Source of the DNA: an uncultured delta proteobacterium
GTDB lineage: Bacteria > Desulfobacterota > Binatia > Binatales > Binataceae
Assembly (NCBI GenBank): GCA_963710425.1
Contig: CAVQAR010000024.1
Span: 85,935 to 149,934 of the forward strand
DNA: 64,000 nucleotides
Direction: 5' to 3'
The notes below the pieces were generated by a model, which had not been told where the DNA came from, did not search any database, and saw only the letters and a program-made list of their open reading frames with translations. Numbering within the stretch: position 1 is the stretch's first letter; the number at the start of each line of letters is the position of its first letter. This document shows positions 48,822 to 59,853 of this stretch, in pieces. The position numbers were made by a program, and so were the translations under genes.

Positions 48822-51732
48822 ATGCCCGAAGATCTCGTCCAGTTTGAGGATTTTGTACTGAACCGCGGCGCCTATGAGCTGCGCCGGGGTGATGTCGTTA
48901 TTCCGCTCCAGCGGATTCCGCTCGAGCTGCTATGCCTGCTGGTCGAGCGCCGCGGACAGCTCGTTACGCGCGAGGAAATTCTCGAGCGGGTCTGGGGCAA
49001 GGGCGTCTTCGTCGATAGCGAGAACAGCATCAACACCGCGGTACGAAAAGTCCGGCGGGCCTTGAGCGACGATCCTGACGCCCCGCGCTTCGTCGTTACC
49101 GTGCCGGCCAGGGGTTATCGATTCGTCGCGGAGCTTCGCGGGCCGACGACAACTAGAGATGAGCAATTTCACGCGCGGCAGCCAGGCGTGATGGTGGGAC
49201 GCGAGCGCGAGGTGGCTTTATTGCTGAGCGGACTCGACGCGGCGGCTTCGCGGCGCGGGCGCCTGGTCCTGATTTCGGGCGAACCCGGCGTCGGCAAGAC
49301 GCGGATGGCGGATGAGGTTGCGGCCGCGGCTGAGGCAAAGCGGATGGCGGTGCTGGTCGGGCATTGCTCCGAGCACGACGAAGCCGTCGCGTATCTGCCA
49401 TTCGTGGAAATCCTGGAGAACTTCGTCGATCGCGCGTCGAATGCGGACACTCTTCGCGTTGCGTTGGGGGAGCAGGCGTCGGAGTTGGCGCGCTTGATTC
49501 CCAAACTCAAAAACATCCTGCCGGAGCTTCCGCCGCCGCTCGATTTGCCGCCGGCCCAGGCGCGACGCCACTTGTTCAATTGCTTTTTCGACTTCGTTGC
49601 TCGAATCGCTTCAAACCGACCGACTCTGATGATTCTCGAAGATCTTCACTGGGCCGACGATTCGACCTTGTCGCTGCTCGATCACCTGACGCAGCGGCCT
49701 ATCCGATTTGCCTCTGATGGTGATCGGCACCTACCGCGACGCCGAGGTCAATGTCACTCACGAGCTGGCAAAGACGCTGGAAGATTTACTCCGTGGGCGG
49801 CTTGCGACTCGCATCAGGCTCAAAGGCCTGCCACGCGATGAAGTGGCGGCGATGCTGAATAGCCTGAGCGGGAAATCGGCGCCGGCCACCGTAGTTGGCG
49901 AGATTTTCGCGGAGACTGAAGGCAATCCTTTCTTCGTCGAGGAATTGTTCCGCCATCTGGAGGAGGAGAATCGGCTGTACGATTCGGCGGGACAGTTTCG
50001 CTCCGAGCTCGAGATTGGCGAGCTGGACGCGCCGCCGAGCGTGAGGCTGGTCGTGGCGCGGCGACTGGCGCGGCTCAACGATCTGACACAGAAGATGCTC
50101 GCGACGGCGGCGGTGATCGGACGCTTCTTCAGTTTTGAAATTCTTCAGGCTTCGTGCGACTTCGATGCGGATTCGATTCTGGAGCGAGTCGAAGAAGCTG
50201 AAAAGGCCGGCGTGATTTTCTCGGTCGCGGAGAGTCCCAAGGTCCGGTTTGAGTTCTCTCACGAGCTTATTCGCCAGGCGGTGCTCGCCGGCTTGTCGGC
50301 GGCGCGACGCCAGCGGCTGCATCTCGAGGTCGCCGAAGCGATCGAGCGAACGTGTGCCGCCGGGTCGGCATCCACATTTGCCGGCAGCCTCGACGATCAC
50401 ATCACTGAACTGGCGCATCATTACGCGCATAGCGCCAACACCTGGCAGGCGGTGAAATATCTCCATCTGGCGGGCGAGCGCGCGGCGGCGTGCGGCGCGA
50501 TGGTCGAGGCGGAGCGTCAGTACCTGACCGCGCTCAAGCTCCTTGACGAATTGCCCGAAACGTCGGAACGAGACCGGCGCGAACTTGCCTTGCAGAGCCT
50601 GCTCGGTTCGGCCACTGCGGCCGTTAAGGGAATCGGCGCGCCTGAAAGAGAGCGCAGCCTTTTGCGGGCTCGCGATCTGTCACAACGCCTCGGGGAGCAA
50701 TCTCACGTGTTCCCGGTGCTCTGGCAGCTGTTCCATTTCCATGCACAGCGCGGTGAACTGCAAACCGCTCGGGAATACGCTGAACAGGCATTGGCAGTGG
50801 CCGAGAGTCAGTGCGACGCGGTGATGCTAGCGGATGCCCGAACCGCCCTCGGCGTCTGTCTCTTTTACATCGGCGACTTTGCTGCCTGCCGCAGGCAGTT
50901 CGAGCTCGCGCTCGCACAGGACATTCCTTTGCAAAAACGCCGCTATTTCGGCGAACGCGGGTTCGACGCGCTGGCAGGAGCGCTGAGCGCGCTGGCTGAG
51001 GGAATTCTTGGTTATCCGGACCGATGCTGCGTAGGAGTTGGCGAAGTTGTGAAGCGCGCGCGGACGCAGTCGAGCGTCCCTGACCTGGTGTTCGCGTTGG
51101 TAGCTTGTGGCCGGGGGCATCTTCTGGCCGGTAGTCCAAGCAGCGCCCAATCTTTGGCGGAAGAAACGATCACGCTGTCCGAGACCTACGGGTACGTCGA
51201 ACGCGCTGCATTGGGTAAATGTGTTCGAGGTGTCGCTCTCACAAGACAAGGAGAGCTCGATGAGGGTATAGCCTGCGTTCTCGAGGGACTCTCGGACTAT
51301 AGCGCGACCGGTGGCAGGCTCGGTCAGTCAGAGTTCTACAGCGCGCTTGCCGCAGCTTTCGGCAACGCAGGTCGAACTCAAGAGGGTTTGGAAGCGGTGG
51401 ACCGCGGACTGGCAATGGGCCGCGATGGTGGCGAGAGTTTCTATCGAGGCGAACTCTATCGCATAAGAGGGGAACTGATTCAGATCGAGGATCCGGCCAA
51501 TCCTGACGAGGTCGAGCGATTGTTTCGCACTGCGATCGATACTGCGTCCCGTCGGCAAGCCCGTTCATTTGAACTGCGCGCCACGACCAGCCTCGCGCGA
51601 TTGCTGGCGAAGCAAGGTCATCGCGACGAAGCGCGCGCGACGCTCGCCGAAATCTACAACTGGTTCACCGAGGGCTTCGATACCCCCGACCTCAAGGATG
51701 CCAGGACCCTGCTCGACGAGCTTAACGAATAG
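48822..51732 (+). CDS. Large transcriptional regulator: OmpR/PhoB-type winged helix + AAA ATPase + TPR, one frame change near 49706
   Basis: Trans_reg_C (ILERVWGK...VRKVRRAL...VPARGYRF). Walker A GEPGVGKT. LMILEDLHWAD. Long helical-repeat C-terminus. ORFs 48822..49841 and 49708..51732 are in different frames. Confidence 0.85.
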
Positions 51733-52884
51733 GATTGCCCGCAGAGATCTGCGCCCTCATCCCTTCTCTCGGCGTCGCGCAGGATATCGAGAGATATTCT
51801 CGCGTTCCAAACCGGAATCAAGTGGTCGGTAAGTTGGCACTCCCGGCGAGGTGAGATTGTGCGGATCGCTGTAAGTGCCTAATAGATAAGTCTGGAGGAG
51901 GAAGGGGCCCGGCGGCCCGACCGGTCTTCAAATCCCCTTCTGCGCGCCACGACAGATAATTCAGGGTTCGGTGGCTAGCAAAATCGTAGACTTCTCTGCT
52001 GCCAACGCTACCCTGGGCTACCCGGATGAAGGCTGGAGTGGGCACTCGGTGGGCAGTGCGGTAAGAATCCAAGGTCGGGGCAAGTTCAGTCCAAGACCAC
52101 GAAATAGCGGTCGACTCAGTAGTTTGCCCGCTGCGGAGGATTGGAGATCCAGTGCGTGGGTACCTCAGATAGGCGCCTCCCAGAGATTGGTTAGTTCGAA
52201 GAGGTGCAGCCAGCGCGCAATTCAGACCGCACGATCCGGAACGCCGGCGGCCCCCTAGCTAAGCTGACCACGCGCAGCGTATCGCCCGCTGGGTGGAGGC
52301 CGAGACTATTTGCCGTAAGCAGATGGGGTTCTCCTTCCAGGCCGTCGCCGAGCAGATTTCCCAGGTCGCCCGTGGCGAGGCGCAGCAGCTAATCCCATTT
52401 CACGCCTGGTATGGCCTTCCCGCCCGATTACAACATCAGGAGTCGTGCCGCCGCATCGCGGAAAATGAGCCCTTCGTTGAATTCGTTCGGCGCCGTCGGA
52501 CAGGTGTTCCCTGGTTTGGCTGGTTCAATTGATACCGAACGAACAGGCACTGACCGAATGCTACGTTGGTGAAGAGCACAGCCGTTATGAGAAGCGACCG
52601 AAACCTGCTCCATAGATCACCTTCAAACTGAACCGTCGGCTCAGATTTTGTCGCAATCGCTGAAATCCCGTTTACCGATTTGGCCCGCTGTTAACCATGG
52701 AGACCCTGAGAAACTTCGTGACTCTTTCAAGACTCCCCTTCAGAAAAGAGGTGGGCCGTGCTTTGCGTTGACGCACTGTGGTAGCTTTACCGCGCGCTCC
52801 AGCCTGACGCCGTTGGATGAGACTCGAAGGCTTCGTAACAACCGCTGGCGGGAGGTTCGCTCGCATCGTGGAGAGGGGGTCAGA

Positions 52885-55571
52885 TTGCCCGACAATCGAG
52901 AAGAAGCTGAATGGCTGACTCGCCGAGCGCGCGTCGATCCAAAGCTTCGCGGTTTGGACTGGGAGATCGTTCCATTCAAGCCCCATTTGGATCTGTCGAC
53001 GTGCACGCGGCACGCAGTCACTGAATTCCCGACGACCAACGGACCTGCTGACTACGCGCTCTTGCTCGACGGACGCATCGTCGGGATCCTTGAGGCGAAG
53101 AAGCTTTCGCTCGGGCCCCAGAACGTCCTGACCCAAGCCGAACGCTACGCGCGCGGTCTGCCGCCCGGCGAGTTCAACTTCGACGGCCGACGCGCGCCGT
53201 TCCTATACTCCACTAACGGCGAGGTGATCTGGTTCCACGACGTCCGCTCGCCTGCCAACCGCTCGAGGCGAATCGCGAGCTTCCATACGCCGGCGGCGCT
53301 GAGCGAAATGCTCGGGCGCGACTTCGACGTTGAGTGCGACCGGCTGAAGGCGCTACCAAACACCCACGGCTATCTGCGTCCATACCAACGAGAGGCCAAC
53401 GCCGCCATCGAGCGGGCCATAGCCGAGCGTAAGCGCGTGATGCTAGTCGCGATGGCGACGGGCACCGGCAAGACCTTCACGATGGTCAATGAGACGTACC
53501 GCCTGATGAAGTCCGGCGCCGCGCGCCGCGTCCTCTTCCTGGTCGATCGTCGCGCGTTGGCTGCGCAAGCGGTGCGTGAGTTCGCTTCGTTCGAAGCCGA
53601 GCCCGGGCTGAAGTTCGACAAGATCTACGAGGTCTATAGCCAGCGATTCCAACAGGACGACCTTGAACCGGGCGAGAAATTTGATCCCAAGGTGATGCCC
53701 TCCGGCCATCTGACTAACCCGAAACTTGGCGCCGCATTCGTCTACGTCTGCACCATCCAGAGCGCATGGCCCGGTATCTCTTTCCAGATCGAAGCTTCGA
53801 TCTCGGCGACGACGACGAAAAGGATCTGCCCGAGCCGTTGCCGATTCCGATCCATGCATTCGATCTGATCATCGCCGACGAATGCCATCGCGGATATACT
53901 GCCGCCGAGCAATCGCTCTGGCGCGACACGCTTGATCATTTCGACGCGATCAAGCTCGGCCTGACTGCGACACCGGCGAAGCACACAACCGCTTACTTCC
54001 GAGACATCGTTTATCGCTACGAATATCGCCGCGCAGTCGATGAAGGCTTTTTGGTCGACTACGATGCGGTCACGATCAAGTCCGGAGTGCTGATCAACGG
54101 CGTATTCCTGAAGGAAGGCGAGCAAGTCAGAACCATCGATACGAAGAGCGGCGCACAGAGCATGGACCAACTCGAGGACGAGCGTCAGTTCGAAGCGGCC
54201 GAAGTCGAAAAGAAAATTACCGTACCAGACACGAATTACAAAATCATCGAGGAAATAAAAAAGTACGCGCTGGATCATGAGCAACGCTACGGACGTTTTC
54301 CGAAGACGCTAATCTTTGCCGCTAATGACGTTCCCCACATTTCGCACGCTGACCAGCTCGTCAATCTCTGCCGCGACGCTTTCGGACGAGGCGATTCATT
54401 CGTTGCGAAGATCACCGGGACTGTAGACCGGCCGCTCCAACGGATCCGTGAGTTTCGCAATCGTCCCGCGCCGGCAATCGTCGTGTCTGTCGATCTGATG
54501 TCGACCGGCGTCGACATTCCAAATCTTGAGTTCATAGTGTTTCTGCGCCCCGTGAAATCACGAATTCTGTGGGAGCAGATGCTCGGGCGAGGAACTCGGC
54601 TCGGCACTCTCAGCCCGCCAAAGTCGCATTTCACGATCTTCGATTGTTTCGACGGAAGCCTGCTGAACTATTTCAAGAACGCATCCGCGTTCACTGAAGA
54701 TCCGCCCGACAAGCCGACCCGAACGATCGAGGAGATTATCCAGGCCATTTGGGATAATCGTGACCGAGTCTACAACGTCAAGTGTCTCAGTCGCCGCATG
54801 TTGCGGATCGACAAGGACATGTCGGGAAACGCGCGGGAGATTTTTGCCGCTTACGTTCCGGACGGCGACATGAAGGCCTTCGCCAACCGCTTACCTGCCG
54901 CCGTCACCGGGGACTTCACAGCGACCATGAGCCTTCTGCGGGACAAGAAGTTTCAGAAACTCCTGGTCAACTACGAACGCGCGCGACCGCATTTCATAGT
55001 CGCCCACGAGCTGACGGACGAAGTTACCTCTGGCCAACTGATCCGCGGCGCCGGTAACGAATACAAGCCGGAGGACTATCTCGCAGTGTTTTCTCGCTTC
55101 ATCCGGGACAACCCGGAACGTATTGAAGCGATTCGTATTCTCCTCAATCGGCCGAAAGACTGGAACACCGATGCCTTGTCTGAGTTGCGAAGAAAGCTAG
55201 CGTCTACTCCGGAACACTTCACAGTCGACAATCTCCAGAAGGCGCATGAAGCTCGCTACCATAAAGCGCTCGTCGACATCATTTCGATGGTCAAGCATGC
55301 CGCCAAAGAAGAGGAGCCGCTGCTGAGCGCCCCGGAGCGGGTCGAACGCGCGCTCAAGCGCATGGCCATAGGGCACAAGTTCACGGCCGAGCAGGAGAAA
55401 TGGTTCGAACGAATCCGCTCGCATCTGGTTGAGAATCTCTCGATCAGCCGTGACGACTTTGACATTGTGCCGGTTCTCTCCCATCACGGCGGATGGAAGC
55501 CAGCCGACCGAGCTTTCAATGGCAAGCTCAGTGGCCTGCTCTCGGAGATCAACGGAGCAATCGCGCAATGA
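52885..55571 (+). CDS. hsdR: Type I restriction enzyme R subunit (EcoEI-type C-terminal domain), one frame change near 53760; start uncertain (52648-52885)
   Basis: N-terminal nuclease-type region PADYALLLDGRIVGILEAKK. Helicase motifs MATGTGKT, ADECHRG and LTATP, plus VDLMSTGVDIP...QMLGRGTR. C-terminal FSRFIRDNPERIEAI region. Confidence 0.85.
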
Positions 55572-56968
55572 ACGAGAAGAACAACCATCATCCTGACGTA
55601 GTGCAGAAGTTATGGGGCTTCTGCCACGTGCTGCGTCACGACGGCATCGGATACGGCGACTACATCGAGCAGATAACTCTTCTGCTTTATCTCAAGATGG
55701 CCGACGAAAAGGGCGTCAAACTGCCAAAGGATTGCGGATGGAGGATTCTCCGCAGCAAAAGCGGCACCGACCTCCTCGATAGCTACATCGATATGCTACG
55801 CACGCTCGGCAAGGCGCCGGGTCTTATCGGCGACATCTACGCTGGCGCCCAATCGCGATTCAAGAAGCCGGCAAGCCTCAAGCAGCTTATCGGCACGATC
55901 GACGAGACCGAGTGGACCAGCCTCGACGTCGACGTGAAAGCCGCCGCCTACGAGGGATTGCTCGAGAAGGCCGCCAGCGAGGGCAAGAAAGGTGTCGGCG
56001 CAATTTTCACGCCCCGCATCCTCATCAAATCGATCGTCAGGTGTATGAAGCCGGACCCGCGCGTGCACAAGGAATTCACTATCTGCGATCCAGCGTGCGG
56101 CACCGGGGGGTTCCTCGTGTGCTCCTATGAATGGTTGATAGGGCAGACGCGCGGAGCGCTCGACAGAGAGACCGCAGCCCGCGTCAGAAGCAAGACTTAC
56201 TTCGGACAGGACATCGTCGAGCTTTCCCGTCGTCTCACCTTGATGAACTTGACGCTGCATACGCTGGAGCCTCAGATAAAGCTTGGCGATTCGATATACG
56301 AGGTGCCCGACTCTCGCCGCTTCGACGTTGTCCTGACCAATCCGCCGTTTGGCACCAGAGGCGCCAACCAAGCACCCGACCGCGATGACTTCACCGTTGC
56401 GACCTCGAACAAACAGCTTAACTTTCTCCAACACGTAATGACCATCCTCAAGCCGGGCGGCCGCGCCGCCGTGGTCTTGCCGGACAATTGCCTGTTCGCA
56501 GACCAGGCCGGCGAGGTCTTCGAGATTTTGACCCAGGACACTGACCTGCACACCGTTCTGCGCCTACCGCGTGGCACGTTCAGCCCTTACAGCCCGGGCG
56601 TTAAGTGCAACGTGATCTTCTTCACGAAGGGCGCACCGACCGAGAACGTTTGGATTTACGACGGTCGCACCAACGTTGAATGGATCACCAAGAAGGACAG
56701 GCCGCTTACGCCGGAGCACTTCGCTGAGTTCGAGCAATGCTTCGGCGGGGATCCCGACGGCCGCGCGAAGCGTAAGCCGGAACAGTCGAAGGAAGATCGA
56801 TGGCGCCGCTTCCATATCATCAGCGAGATCAAGGAGCGCGAGTTCAAGCTCGACGGCTTCAAGTGGCTTAAGGATGAATCGCTCGAAGACTCGGACGAGA
56901 TGCCCGAGCCCGAAGAGCTAGCGACCGATGCCATTGCTGAGTTGGAGAGTGCCGTCGAGGATTATTAG
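55568..56968 (+). CDS. hsdM: Type I restriction-modification N6-adenine DNA methyltransferase
   Basis: HsdM_N-like N-terminus (LWGFCHVLRHDG...YIEQITLLLYLKM). Motif I DPACGTGGFL. Motif IV LTNPPFG. The ATG overlaps the hsdR stop. Confidence 0.9.
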   Translation: MNEKNNHHPDVVQKLWGFCHVLRHDGIGYGDYIEQITLLLYLKMADEKGVKLPKDCGWRILRSKSGTDLLDSYIDMLRTLGKAPGLIGDIYAGAQSRFKKPASLKQLIGTIDETEWTSLDVDVKAAAYEGLLEKAASEGKKGVGAIFTPRILIKSIVRCMKPDPRVHKEFTICDPACGTGGFLVCSYEWLIGQTRGALDRETAARVRSKTYFGQDIVELSRRLTLMNLTLHTLEPQIKLGDSIYEVPDSRRFDVVLTNPPFGTRGANQAPDRDDFTVATSNKQLNFLQHVMTILKPGGRAAVVLPDNCLFADQAGEVFEILTQDTDLHTVLRLPRGTFSPYSPGVKCNVIFFTKGAPTENVWIYDGRTNVEWITKKDRPLTPEHFAEFEQCFGGDPDGRAKRKPEQSKEDRWRRFHIISEIKEREFKLDGFKWLKDESLEDSDEMPEPEELATDAIAELESAVEDY

Positions 56969-57031
56969 GATGTCTCCTGGCGCAGCAACTTTATTAGGCG
57001 CCGAGCACCACACTCGGATTCGCGGACTTAG

Positions 57032-57298
57032 TTGGCCGAGGAGCTGTTCAGGCTTGCCGATGCGATCGAAAAGCGCGTCGCGGCGGCGACAGCTCGCACC
57101 GAAAAGCTCACGCAATCGATTCTCGCCAAAGCATTTCGTGGTGAGCTCGTTCCGACCGAGGCGGAACTGGCCCGTGAAGAGGGACGTGAGTACGAGTCGG
57201 CTTCTGCCCTTCTGACACGAATTCGCTCTGAGGTCGCCAGCAAGACTGTGAGGAAGGAGGAGCGAAAGGGCAGTGCCCCGGCTGCGCTACTATCCTGA
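57032..57298 (+). pseudogene. hsdS: Remnant of a type I specificity subunit: only the conserved C-terminal helix is left
   Basis: KLTQSILAKAFRGELVPTEAELAREEGREYESASALLTRI matches the conserved HsdS C-terminal tail. No target-recognition domain is present between 56969 and 57031. Confidence 0.6.
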
Positions 57299-58353
57299 CC
57301 AGTTTCCGGCCTTCATGGGTGCCGCCTTCGGCCAGCCCACCGAAATCAATTTCACCTGGGCGGAACTGGGCAAATCAGCAGTCACTGTAGGGCGACAGAA
57401 CTGGGTCGATGTCCTTCGCTTTGGGCCCTTTTCCGTATTCGAATTGACTTGGAGGGTCGCAATGCTTTGGGCGAACCTTCGCGAAGACCCAAGTGGGCTC
57501 CTGGTCCCGTCTGAAGCGTTCGTCAACCTCGATCCGTCGGAGAGCGGCGCAATCTCTTACTTTCTCGGGAACTGCTTCACCAAACTCGTGGTAGAGAATC
57601 TCTTCGGCGTCCCTTGGCTCATGCACCTGGATGTGTATCGCCGCAGCCTGGGCATCGTGCTGACTTCCAATAGTCGCCCGGACTTCGTCGGCCTCGATCT
57701 GCAAAGACAATGGGCGGTAGTCGAAGCCAAAGGACATATGCTTAGAATGCGGCGCGACACAATGCAAAAAGCGAAGCGCCAGACCCGTTCTGTGAGGCGG
57801 ATCGCTGGTCAGAATCCCGCGCTCAGGACTGCCGTTGGAGTCTGGTTCTCCAAGACCAGCGGCACGAACGCTAAGGTCTGGGACCCTCGTGGTTACGACC
57901 GTGGAGCAGAAGATTTCGACATAAATACAGACCATTTTCTGAGGCTTTACTACGAACCGCTGATTGACCGGACTGGCTTCCTCCAGATTCGTCCGAGCCG
58001 GCGCGCACCGAGCAAGAAACTGCGCCGCCCTCTTCCGCTTCAGCCGTTCGATGCCGAGATCATTCTCGACAATGACATCGTCGCCGGGTACGCGCGCGGC
58101 GCTCCACCTGGGAGAGGTGGTGATCGCGCCGAGGGTCGGCATCGAAGATTCCATTCTCGCGGCGCTTGCGACATTGGAAGAAAGCGAGAGAGGCGAGGCA
58201 CGCCGCGATATTACTGACAACCTGCAAATACTCGTCGAGAAGCGCCGCACGTCTGACATTTCTGAAACGCCAGCCGATGGGGTGACGGTGGAACTCGGAC
58301 CCGCGTGGCGCCCCGAAAACATGCGGCGAGAACCCGCAGATCGTAGCCGTTGA
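57273..58353 (+). CDS. Uncharacterised protein with a PD-(D/E)xK nuclease-like motif, one frame change near 58100
   Basis: GTG start after AGGAAGGAGGAG. RPDFVGLDLQRQWAVVEAKGH gives PD...ExK spacing. The C-terminal part continues in the frame of ORF 57964..58353. Confidence 0.55.
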
Positions 58354-58478
58354 CCAGATGTCTAGAACTTGTACACGGGAAAGATGAAATCGGCCGCTAG
58401 GTCGATCGCGAATATGGAGAAATGCCAAGTTCCTGGCGACCTGCAAGCCGATAGAAGCTGGAGGTAAGCGAACGAACC

Positions 58479-59690
58479 GTGCCAAATACATCCAGAAACG
58501 CGCCCTGTCACTGTGGTAGCGGGAAGAAGTACAAAAGGTGTCATGGTAAAGGTTCGCCTATGTCTACCGTACACGGGCCAGCACCGATTCGAATGCCGCC
58601 GCAAGGCACAACGCAAAATCTTCCCGCCAAGGGCTTGCCGGGTCTGCCTCAATACCTCACGGTGGTTTTCGAGTATCGCGATCCTGCTGATCCCCGGAAC
58701 CGCGCAGGACCTCAGGGGCAGCCGGGAAAATATGACGTGGTGTTCACGCTAAATCGACCGGGCTTTTCGCTGCAACCTGAATACAATTCAAGCTTCGCGG
58801 ATGGACTAAAAGGAACATCGCATCTAGCCATAGGTAGGCCGGCGCATCCGTCGGTTGACCCGACCATCGACCGAATTCGCTTAGACGCTGTAGTGGAATC
58901 AGAGCGCTTCGTTTTTACTGGCCATCCTGACGCCGGCGGATTTCTCTCGAAGATGATGGGGAGCTGTTATGCCAATGGGTTTTTGGACGCGCACCGTAAG
59001 GCGTTCCGAGCCATAGCTCCCATTCTAAGCAACTGGTCCCTGCAATTAGACATTCCCGTTTCAATTTATCAAGTCGACCTGACCGAAGTAGCGTCCGGCG
59101 CGAAGAGAATGACATTCAATCCGCCCTTTCAGACCTCTCCTTTGTTGACGCGACCAGATGTCGCGCTGAAACCAGAATTTCGCGGTTACGCTAGCCTCTA
59201 CCGAGAAGCACTCAACAGCAACAGCCCCGTTTATCAATTTCTATGTTACTTCAAGATAATAGAGAGCGCGCGCAAACGACGAGAGCGGCTCGCGGGTGAG
59301 GCACGCAATCGAGTCGAGTCTTTTGCCCGACCCCCTGAAGTGTTCCCGTCCGATCCGGAAGGATTATTTCCCTGGCTGAACGCGCTATTCACCGTCAGAC
59401 CGCCTGTTTGGGACGAGATGGTGATCGAGAGCCTGCTCATGCCTGAGGTCATCGGAAAGAAATTTGGAACCATCATCGAACGGCAGCTAATCCCGTTGCG
59501 GACGAGCGTTGCTCATGCTCTTTTCGAGAGCGCCGAAATGAGCCTGTCCGTTGACGACTATATTAGCCACGAAAGAGTAAACAGATTTCTTCCCGTCGCC
59601 AAATGCATGGTTCGGCGAATGCTCAAGAATGAATTTGCCGCAGACTTTCTCGCTCACTTGCCAGATCCCACTCCAACCGGAAGCGCATGA
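58479..59690 (+). CDS. SEC-C-motif protein with an uncharacterised C-terminal domain carrying an Rx4H motif
   Basis: N-terminal APCHCGSGKKYKRCHG (SEC-C Zn motif, nt 58500-58547). C-terminal helical region YQFLCYFKIIESARKRRE...LIPLRTSVAHAL (R341-H346, nt 59499-59516). Intact 403-aa ORF. Confidence 0.65.
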   Translation: MPNTSRNAPCHCGSGKKYKRCHGKGSPMSTVHGPAPIRMPPQGTTQNLPAKGLPGLPQYLTVVFEYRDPADPRNRAGPQGQPGKYDVVFTLNRPGFSLQPEYNSSFADGLKGTSHLAIGRPAHPSVDPTIDRIRLDAVVESERFVFTGHPDAGGFLSKMMGSCYANGFLDAHRKAFRAIAPILSNWSLQLDIPVSIYQVDLTEVASGAKRMTFNPPFQTSPLLTRPDVALKPEFRGYASLYREALNSNSPVYQFLCYFKIIESARKRRERLAGEARNRVESFARPPEVFPSDPEGLFPWLNALFTVRPPVWDEMVIESLLMPEVIGKKFGTIIERQLIPLRTSVAHALFESAEMSLSVDDYISHERVNRFLPVAKCMVRRMLKNEFAADFLAHLPDPTPTGSA

Positions 59691-59853
59691 CTGGTTTTGC
59701 GCGAGAGCCTGAAGGTTGGTGGGCGGAAGACGGAAACCACACCGCGCGGAATGTCCGAGTCCTAGACCAACGCACCGGATCTACAGTCCGTGGCGCGCAG
59801 AATTCGACAATGAATAGAAGAGCAATTTCCTGACTTGGACTGAACTTGGGCCG

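Noticed and set aside
51900-51950. CTTCAAA loop (a tRNA-Sec/UCA-anticodon look-alike) followed by ...GCGCGCCA, which suggested a tRNA or selC gene at the island border
   Set aside because: The nucleotides flanking the loop do not pair as an anticodon stem on either strand. No D arm, T arm or acceptor pairing can be drawn. Only a generic GAAGGGG/CCCCTTC stem is present.
51733-52884. RNase P RNA, tmRNA, SRP RNA or a group II intron in the gene-free stretch
   Set aside because: I could not find the conserved cores by eye (GAGGAAAGUCCGGGC for RNase P, a tRNA-like 3' end with a tag ORF for tmRNA, intron domain V). A covariance-model scan is still needed to be certain.
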